Part shown: piece after piece, positions 56,870 to 64,000 of the stretch
Numbering within the stretch: the stretch's first letter is position 1
Layout: each line of letters begins with the position of its first letter
From: a virus
Taxonomy: Duplodnaviria; Caudoviricetes
Virus record (IMG/VR): IMGVR_UViG_3300032218_003007
Span: 37,647-101,646 of that record
Reading direction: 5' to 3' (one strand)
DNA: 64,000 nt
Notes under the pieces: model-generated
Seen by the model: the letters and a program-made list of their open reading frames with translations, nothing else
Databases searched by the model: none
Told to the model about the DNA's origin: nothing
Translations under genes and position numbers: made by a program

Positions 56870-56917
56870 TTGACTCCTAGTAGAGACAAATATATATTGA
56901 TTTCTACTAGGAGTCAA
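56870..56917 (-). promoter_or_regulatory. 15-bp inverted repeat combining a sigma70 promoter and an RBS-sequestering hairpin
   Basis: TTGACTCCTAGTAGA...TCTACTAGGAGTCAA; TTGACT-17 nt-TATATT; AGGAG lies in the 3' arm. Confidence 0.7.
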
Positions 56918-56930
56918 CAAAGATGGTATA

Positions 56931-58205
56931 TTACCAGCCTGTGGACAAAGTTGCCTTGCCCCACGAATTGGTACCATTGGTGTTTAATTTAACATAGATA
57001 CCAGTTGCGTTCCAAGCAAGCTGACCTACAGAACCAGCAGTATCATTTGGGCCTGATGGAACAAATGATGATGATGTTCCACCGATGGCTGCCAATATTA
57101 AATTACCAAATATGCGAGTGCTTCGGTCATTTTCTACTCCTACTGCTTGAAATACAGTACTTGGCCTGTTGCCGTTGTTTGCGCCATCATCTGCAGTAAA
57201 AAACGAGATATTACCACCTAGACCATATAGAACGTTGGAACCAGTAGCATAAAAGTTTATACTTGCTGTTTGTTGAAACGTGTTGCCAACGTTATCTATG
57301 CCACTATATGCTGTTGCATTGTATACACCGAGAAGATCATTGCTCTTTACGCCTGTAATAGTACTGGCTGCAAGGTTGCCTCGAGCAGAAGTAACAGTAT
57401 ATCCAGCTAATTTACCAGTATCTAATTGTTTATAAGTCAGATTTGCTAACTGTAAATTTCCTACGGATACTGAATTAATTGCACCATAAGAACTAACCAT
57501 AGAGTTGCCAAGAGCTTCCACTGTGGTTGTTGCATAGGCTAAATTAGTACCATATCCAATCAAAAACGTAGAGTTTAATGAATCATTGTAATAAAAAGTT
57601 GGATCTTGAAAATACTGATAGTTGCGAGTCATATCTTCAATGTGAACGCTATTGCCGCCATCAAGAGTACTGAAGGCAAAAATATAAGTACCGGTGTTAT
57701 CAAAAGTAATCACGCCATTAGCACCTGATACTACTAGACCACTGATATTGTTGTAACCCAAGGTTACTGATGATGGCAGTGTTAATGTATGACTAGTTGA
57801 TGCTAAAGTTAACCATAAAATCATTCTGCCAAAAGAACCAGTGGCTGGCCATGTGCTGGCAAAAGAAAGAGTTATTGAACCAGTTGAGGTAATTTTATGT
57901 ACATTTGCGCTGGAAAAATCTAAAGATACCGTACCCGACAAACTTGCATGGTCTACAATAGTTTCTGAGAAACCTTGTAATGCTGGTGCAGTAAGAACAC
58001 CGCCTGCAAGATTATTGTTCAAATTAGTACCAGTAAGCGCAGACTTTAATAGTGCTTTGCTCTGCAGATCTTCTAATTCTGATTTAGCAGAAGCTAGATT
58101 ATTGCGTATATTAGTGAAATTGTCTCTAAATCCTTGAGAATCATTATCCTGACCAGCTACCGGAAAAGCGCCGTCGATATTAAATGGGTTGATATTTGAT
58201 GCCAT
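56931..58205 (-). CDS. Tail/baseplate-associated fibre protein
   Basis: PVAGQDNDSQGFRDNF N-terminus plus coiled coil, beta-rich body, GQLAWN..GIYV...W C-terminal fibre motif. Confidence 0.7.
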   Translation of the reverse strand: MASNINPFNIDGAFPVAGQDNDSQGFRDNFTNIRNNLASAKSELEDLQSKALLKSALTGTNLNNNLAGGVLTAPALQGFSETIVDHASLSGTVSLDFSSANVHKITSTGSITLSFASTWPATGSFGRMILWLTLASTSHTLTLPSSVTLGYNNISGLVVSGANGVITFDNTGTYIFAFSTLDGGNSVHIEDMTRNYQYFQDPTFYYNDSLNSTFLIGYGTNLAYATTTVEALGNSMVSSYGAINSVSVGNLQLANLTYKQLDTGKLAGYTVTSARGNLAASTITGVKSNDLLGVYNATAYSGIDNVGNTFQQTASINFYATGSNVLYGLGGNISFFTADDGANNGNRPSTVFQAVGVENDRSTRIFGNLILAAIGGTSSSFVPSGPNDTAGSVGQLAWNATGIYVKLNTNGTNSWGKATLSTGW

Positions 58206-61200
58206 TACTTAAACACTCCAATTTTTGGGAATTTTATATATTTATCCTGTTCTTCTGGCTCTAGATATCTATCTCGGTTATTGATGAATTTAGTCTTATA
58301 TGCATCAAATCTTGTAGTGCCAAGTGCAGTGTTAAGAGTACTGCCGAGACTAGAATATTCTGGCACACTTAAACCTGTTTTTATTATAGGATCATAATAA
58401 ATGATAGTTTGGCCTAATGAAGCACCGTGATTTACCTGTATTTTTTCTTCTGTCCTCACTGGACAATACAGGTCTAGTTGTACTATTTGGGTAGGCTGAG
58501 GAGGTGCGTTACCCCATCCAAGTAGAGGATCAAATTTCTTACTATCAAATCCTACTGAATCGCTGCCAAAATCACTGATGTATATAGGAGTAAATGCAGC
58601 AGTATTTGGAAGATCTACGATTTTAACCTGCCATATTGATGATCTAGCATCTATTGGCGCGAAAGATACAGTAGTGCCACTGAATATATCAGATACTATA
58701 TATCTTAGAATCTTTTTGTTATATCTGCTTTCAAGATAAATGGTATTGCCTACTATCTTCTTAACTGTTACTGCTGGTGAAATACTAATACCAACTTCTA
58801 CAGTATAACCAAGTTGAATTCCTGTTGGATCATCCACAACGATATAATTATCACCTGCATGGGCGTCAATCAATAGACTACTATAAACCGTATTGGCAAT
58901 TCTGTCTAGATGACCTGGAACTGGTGAGCTACCTAAATCAGTTATAATATTCCAGCCATCATTATCACCGGTATATCCTGCATATTGTTCTTGCTGAGCG
59001 AAAACGATTAAATCATTGTTAAAGAAAGAGGTTGTACTATCAAAGCCCCCTATACTCCTTACGTATTCCACAGTTCGATTATGTACAGAATCAAAGGTCA
59101 AGTTCCTTACAGCAAAGCTTATACTATAGTCAGGTTGACTAACTCTGACTATGCGATCAAACGTAGTTTCTCTGCCACCATTGAATTTGTTTATTGCTGT
59201 ATCAAAATTTTTGCTTAGTGCATTATCCAGATCATATCTGTCGATTACAAAATCTATCTGATTAAATTCTAAGCCAGCAGTTTGCAATCGATAAGCCATC
59301 AGTTTACTTGCGCCTGGAATTGTATAGGCTAGAACGACTGCAGGTTTGAATCCTATTACTCTGCCATCTTCCTGTGGGCTTGTCATCCATTCAGGCAAAC
59401 TACCCTGATGATTAAATCCTATATTATTTGATACTATCGATCTCATATTTGTAAAACTGTTTGGGTAATAGACGTTTCCGCCTGCAGTGCCATCCTGTGC
59501 ATACCATTGATTAGTTATATTTGTCAATGTCATTGAATTGGCTGGACTACGACCTTCATCAATCGTGGGATCCAACAGATCTAAATACACTACCTCATAT
59601 TTTACATTAAAATTAACATCTAATGCCCTGGCTGTTTTTACATCTCCAAATGTAATTCGTTTAGTGAAATGATTGGTAGCTATTGATTCAGCATATTGAC
59701 TTACCTCACTTGCAGCTAGTCCAGATAAAAACAAACTACGTATATCTCTTGCCCTACCAAAATAACGATCTTTGGCTCTGTATATCAAATTTTCTGGAAA
59801 TATTTCTGAGTTATTAACGATAGACAAAAATAACTTTCTCTGTTCAAGGGAAGGCAGAGCTTTGATATATAAATTTTCATAAGGTAATCTATTGTAGTTG
59901 TTTATCGTTAGTGTAAATTTCTTTGTATCTGAAACTTTACCATCAATAGATGTCACTTTCACTGTGAATGAATATGTGTCATCAAATGTAGTACGGTTAC
60001 GATCTATTGTAGTGGTGCCGGTATCAATAGAAAAATATTCAAAGCTAGTTCTACCAACTATTAACCCATTGTTTAACAGTTTCAACCCATTGGGTAAAGA
60101 AGAACCAGATGTTGAAAATGAATATGTGACTGGTGTTGCAACGCCAGCAACTAACGCAGTAGCTTGTATAGATAATTGACTGGCGACACCATTGTCTATC
60201 TTTCCGAGGTCTGCTGGCGTGATCCAAGTGACGCTATTGTTAATATCACCTAAAACTGTGAGATTATATTCAACAGGTTTACTAATTATATTAACATCAT
60301 TTTCGCGGTACGCAGAAACTTGGAAGGTATAGGTTTTGCTTATTTCTACCTGAGGTAGTATATGTCCTGATAACCAACCTGTGTACTGATCCATTGCGAG
60401 ATCAGCTGGAAATACAGAACCAGTCTGATCAAACTTAACCATATCAAAGGGTGTACCGGTGATAGTTGGATTTGCTGGCTGTACTACCGATATATTGGCA
60501 CTAATACGTCCACTCATAATAATCGTGTTGGCCCACACCGAGATGTTACTAGTTGGTGTGTACGTGGTAACAGTTGGATAAGTTATATATGTATTATTAG
60601 CCTGCGAAGTACCTGCGGCTAGATTAGCTCCGTTATTAAAAACATATGTGTTTCCAACAGTCGCGACGAATGAATTTCCACTGCTATTCGCTGCAAAGCT
60701 ACCATAAGAATCTACTAGTGTTAGTACAGTACCTGTACCTCCGAGGTAAACAACTCCATTGGCGCCAGTGTTAGGCTGAGTGATTATGTCTCCTTTAACC
60801 ACAGTCACGCTGTTATTTAATGTCAGAAAAGTTAACAGTTTGTTATTGACATAATACACTGAACTTATTGTAACAACACCTGGATAATATGTCGTAGTGT
60901 TTATTATTATATTTGCTTTGTCATTGCTTGCCGTGCTATAAGTCTTGCCTTGCACAGTGACTTGCGTCAACGCATTGTTCATCGTCGATGGAAAACTTAG
61001 AATGTCATAGGCGACAGTTTCACTGTATTCTTCTGTGCCGTCTTGATCATAGCCAGATGTTACAAAACTACTAATTTCATAATTTAGCACTTGATCTTCT
61101 GGATCATATGCATCGAATTTGAATGCATAATCACTGCCGCTGCGTATAGTAGGCAAAGATTGCGGTGGCGTAGTAACAATAGGTATGTAGACATTGCTTG

Positions 61201-62197
61201 CATCTGATGATAATTCAGTTCCTTCAAGATCATATATATTGATTATGCTATTATTCACCAAGTCTAGGTTGGTATCTGCTGACCATTTTCCTTTAGCAGT
61301 AATTCGCATGCTATACTGTTGGGTAGCTGAAGATATGCCGTCATTAACTCGCACAGTGAAAGTATATTGACCGTTGCGATACTGACCTATAGTATCGTAT
61401 CCAATATTGTCATAAGGAGCCACGCTGTAATTTATGTTGTTGGAAAGTCCCTCATCAATTAACGGCATAATATAGCCAGATATAATTCCATCATTACTCA
61501 GAGTTAATCCAGTAGGCAATTCGCCATCTGATATAGACCATTCTAATTTAGCCTCAGGATTTACTTCCAATGAATGTAGTTGAAAATGAAAATACGTGCC
61601 ATCAAAATAGTTACCTAGATACGATTGATTTTGCACGATAGTAGGTGGAACAATAGTACCAACCGACATAGTAAATGTTCTATCTGCTACTTTTTTTGTG
61701 ATGGGATTCTTGGCTCGAATAGCAAATTCAAAAGTTTTTTGATCAGGATTTGTTATAATTGGCGTTCCACGCAGAGTACCTAACTTAGTTACATATAAGC
61801 CAGGGGGTAATGTTCCGCTAAGGTGCGAAAATTCTAGTCCACGATCAAATATTAAAGTTGATTGAAATGTCGAATGACCATAGCCACCGTTAATTATGTT
61901 TACTTGTGTAATTACTCCTCCGTTTACTACGCCTTGTCCAGCAAATTCTGAACCTCCGTCAGCATATACATTTACAAAATCTGAAGAATAACCTGATCCA
62001 TTCTTAACAAGTCTGACATTAGTTATGACACCGACAGTTTCTTTATTATACGGCAGATAGTCGGCAGTTGATTCTACGACTGCAACTGCGCCATATCCAT
62101 CATTTTCATTATATGCTTCCAGCACTAGCTCATAGAATTCTGCTTCTCGCACAGTGCCCAAGTCGCCAGCAGATGTAATCCAGATAGGATAGCTCAC
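58205..62197 (-). CDS. Large baseplate/structural protein with Ig-like repeats
   Basis: Repeated WIT.AGDLG, G.LP.GL.L...G.I.G and F.F.VRA Ig-like strands; late promoter upstream. Confidence 0.75.
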   Translation of the reverse strand: MSYPIWITSAGDLGTVREAEFYELVLEAYNENDGYGAVAVVESTADYLPYNKETVGVITNVRLVKNGSGYSSDFVNVYADGGSEFAGQGVVNGGVITQVNIINGGYGHSTFQSTLIFDRGLEFSHLSGTLPPGLYVTKLGTLRGTPIITNPDQKTFEFAIRAKNPITKKVADRTFTMSVGTIVPPTIVQNQSYLGNYFDGTYFHFQLHSLEVNPEAKLEWSISDGELPTGLTLSNDGIISGYIMPLIDEGLSNNINYSVAPYDNIGYDTIGQYRNGQYTFTVRVNDGISSATQQYSMRITAKGKWSADTNLDLVNNSIINIYDLEGTELSSDASNVYIPIVTTPPQSLPTIRSGSDYAFKFDAYDPEDQVLNYEISSFVTSGYDQDGTEEYSETVAYDILSFPSTMNNALTQVTVQGKTYSTASNDKANIIINTTTYYPGVVTISSVYYVNNKLLTFLTLNNSVTVVKGDIITQPNTGANGVVYLGGTGTVLTLVDSYGSFAANSSGNSFVATVGNTYVFNNGANLAAGTSQANNTYITYPTVTTYTPTSNISVWANTIIMSGRISANISVVQPANPTITGTPFDMVKFDQTGSVFPADLAMDQYTGWLSGHILPQVEISKTYTFQVSAYRENDVNIISKPVEYNLTVLGDINNSVTWITPADLGKIDNGVASQLSIQATALVAGVATPVTYSFSTSGSSLPNGLKLLNNGLIVGRTSFEYFSIDTGTTTIDRNRTTFDDTYSFTVKVTSIDGKVSDTKKFTLTINNYNRLPYENLYIKALPSLEQRKLFLSIVNNSEIFPENLIYRAKDRYFGRARDIRSLFLSGLAASEVSQYAESIATNHFTKRITFGDVKTARALDVNFNVKYEVVYLDLLDPTIDEGRSPANSMTLTNITNQWYAQDGTAGGNVYYPNSFTNMRSIVSNNIGFNHQGSLPEWMTSPQEDGRVIGFKPAVVLAYTIPGASKLMAYRLQTAGLEFNQIDFVIDRYDLDNALSKNFDTAINKFNGGRETTFDRIVRVSQPDYSISFAVRNLTFDSVHNRTVEYVRSIGGFDSTTSFFNNDLIVFAQQEQYAGYTGDNDGWNIITDLGSSPVPGHLDRIANTVYSSLLIDAHAGDNYIVVDDPTGIQLGYTVEVGISISPAVTVKKIVGNTIYLESRYNKKILRYIVSDIFSGTTVSFAPIDARSSIWQVKIVDLPNTAAFTPIYISDFGSDSVGFDSKKFDPLLGWGNAPPQPTQIVQLDLYCPVRTEEKIQVNHGASLGQTIIYYDPIIKTGLSVPEYSSLGSTLNTALGTTRFDAYKTKFINNRDRYLEPEEQDKYIKFPKIGVFK

Positions 62198-62444
62198 ATA
62201 AAATCCTCATGTATATCAGTATTTATGTGTTTTTTTGAAAGACCATCGTCCATCTAAACTGATTTTCAGTTAGATATGTCATCTATTGCGTTACTATTAA
62301 TCCAGCAGAGTGATACCAATTTCTCCAAATAGGCTTTACTCTTCTATAATGTGTTTCAAGCCATTCTAAAAAAGTTTTTCATTCTGCATTTCTCAATAAA
62401 GCTAGATCTACTGTTTGTAACTGCAATTGATTTTCCGTCGAATT

Positions 62445-64000
62445 TTATATCCCTATTGCTGACCAATACACTGTGCTATTTGCAACGTTACCTGTTCTAA
62501 CTGTAATAGCGCTAGTGTTAATCGCTGTAATCTGCGCAGTATGTGTTGAACTGTATGTGCTATTTACAGCAGATGCTTGCGCACTATACAGCGCCGTAAA
62601 GGTTGTTGGAAAATTTACGGAAGCTGTGGTTGAATTTGCGAGGAAATTACCCCACTGCATTAAAAGACCATTCGGCAATCTAGAATATCCGTTTGCTGAT
62701 ATACTTGAAGCGCCTAACGTTAATGTGCCGGCAATAGTCGCACCACCAGCAGATAAATTGTTTACTAAAAATGAATATAAGCTTGAGATAGTGGAGGCGT
62801 AAACAAATCTACCTGTAGGATCTGTTGCAACGCTTGACACATACGATGCAACTGTAACTGTTCCTAAGCTAGTTAATACACCGGTGCTTTGATTAATACT
62901 ATATTGCTGTATGTTAGAATCATTATTATTAGTAACATAGGCATATAGACCGTTGGGGCTGATTGCAATTCTTTGCGGCGAATTTCCAGTCGCTACTGTG
63001 CCAATAAGAGTAACAGCTCCCGTATTTTGATCAATGCTATATTCATTTACTACGTTTCCAGTCTGACTAATAACATAAACAAATCTACCACTGGGGTCTA
63101 TTGCTACACCACTCGGACCATTAGCAATAGATGTAGCAGATCCTACAATTGTTAATGCGCCGGTAGACTGATTAATACTGTATACTTCTATTGCTCCTGT
63201 GCCTGCACTTCGTACAACATAAACAAATCTACCAGTAGGATCAGCTGCTATTGAAAAAGCCAAACTTGATGAAACTGATCCGATGAGAGTTAATTCACCA
63301 GTTGATTGATTAATGCTATATTGGTAAACACCGGCGCCAGCGCATACATAAACAAATCTACCAGTAGGATCAGTTGCTAAACTCTGCGGAGAAGTTCCTG
63401 TTGCAATAGCTGTAGTAATACTGGTTAATTCACCAGTAGATTGATTAATACTGAATTGACTTACCGTACCATCAGTGTAATTGCCGACATATGCAAATCT
63501 ACCAGTAGGATCTACTGTTACACCACGAGGGCTATTCCCGGCTGCTACAGCAGCAGCAATACTGGTTAATGCGCCAGTGGATTGATCGATGCTATATTGA
63601 CCGACAGTAGTGCCTCCTGCAATAGGTGCATAAAGAAATCTACCAGTAGGGTCAACTGCGATATGATAAAGAGTAATTCCTAAAGAAATACTTGCTCCTA
63701 TTGAAGTAAGAAGCCCTGTTCCTTTATTGATAATTGGAGTGGGTGCTACTATTGGGTATGGCGATTTAATAAATCGGCGTGACACCATTAAGTTACCAAA
63801 TGAATTTTCTGCCCATAAATTTCCAGCTATACCTACACCACCTGTGACTACCAGTGCACCAGTTGTTGTGCTGGTACTGGCTGCGCCTGAGCTTACATTT
63901 GCAGTAGTAGCTGCTAATGCTCCCCAATGAGTTGTGCTTACTAGACCTGCAGGCGAAGTTAAGTTACCACTAGTGGCATTGAATGTCAAACCTGAGTTTA
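62445..64000 (-). CDS. Tail fibre / receptor-binding protein with ~7-bladed beta-propeller (5' truncated)
   Basis: Frame open to the window end. STTTGALVVTGGVGIAGNL fibre motif, repeated DPTGRF(V)Y...YSINQSTG blades, C-terminal NGYSRLPNGLLMQWG domain. Confidence 0.82.
   Translation of the reverse strand, partial: NSGLTFNATSGNLTSPAGLVSTTHWGALAATTANVSSGAASTSTTTGALVVTGGVGIAGNLWAENSFGNLMVSRRFIKSPYPIVAPTPIINKGTGLLTSIGASISLGITLYHIAVDPTGRFLYAPIAGGTTVGQYSIDQSTGALTSIAAAVAAGNSPRGVTVDPTGRFAYVGNYTDGTVSQFSINQSTGELTSITTAIATGTSPQSLATDPTGRFVYVCAGAGVYQYSINQSTGELTLIGSVSSSLAFSIAADPTGRFVYVVRSAGTGAIEVYSINQSTGALTIVGSATSIANGPSGVAIDPSGRFVYVISQTGNVVNEYSIDQNTGAVTLIGTVATGNSPQRIAISPNGLYAYVTNNNDSNIQQYSINQSTGVLTSLGTVTVASYVSSVATDPTGRFVYASTISSLYSFLVNNLSAGGATIAGTLTLGASSISANGYSRLPNGLLMQWGNFLANSTTASVNFPTTFTALYSAQASAVNSTYSSTHTAQITAINTSAITVRTGNVANSTVYWSAIGI

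Noticed and set aside
62230-62444. Small gene between the propeller fibre and the baseplate gene
   Set aside because: Only short frames broken by stops, with no convincing start or RBS; at most a remnant.
62800-63660. Regularly spaced acaaatctaccagtaggatc repeats as a CRISPR array
   Set aside because: They encode DPTGRF propeller blades and vary at synonymous positions.
2459-63930. Numerous plus-strand and nested ORFs in the track (e.g. 5366-5863, 15240-15686, 38936-39385)
   Set aside because: They are antisense or alternate-frame shadows of well-supported minus-strand genes, without RBS or recognisable motifs.
1-64000. Stop-codon reassignment
   Set aside because: Conserved enzymes are full length in the standard code, and TAA, TAG and TGA all end genes at sensible positions.
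1-64000. tRNA or rRNA genes
   Set aside because: No cloverleaf with a T-loop GTTCRA and acceptor stem was seen in the short intergenic gaps. A tRNAscan run would be needed to be certain.

Overview
A 64-kb segment of a large lytic T4-like (myovirus-type) phage in the standard genetic code, almost all on the minus strand. The spanin pair indicates a Gram-negative host. In order it holds a partial repeat-rich tail fibre, thyX, an early MoxR AAA/vWA pair behind near-perfect sigma70 promoters, RNase H, a 7-deazaguanine DNA-modification locus (queE, queD, folE, TGT-fold dpdA-like gene, degenerate T-fold gene, no queC), the sliding clamp and a family-B DNA polymerase. The polymerase is broken in two by a free-standing endonuclease gene and is also interrupted in motif B by a 263-nt group I intron the ORF track misses. 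The most striking region is 22268-38916: a 13-gene island behind a T4-type late promoter. Most of its proteins start with a leader resembling the T4 internal-protein capsid-targeting sequence, and several are strings of unrelated domains joined at (I/L)-X-E sites, the T4 prohead-protease consensus. One 1593-aa polyprotein carries nine modules (2 ParB-like, NUDIX, HAD, 2 GNAT-like, ART-like, Cys-His-Asp, GH19). I infer a packaged, protease-released, injected effector arsenal. The rest holds glycosyltransferases, ClpA/DnaJ/GroES, a lysis cassette, PhoH, clamp loader, a stand-alone DnaE fragment, MazG, baseplate/tail genes and a partial beta-propeller fibre. All family calls come from motif recognition by eye; no searches were run.
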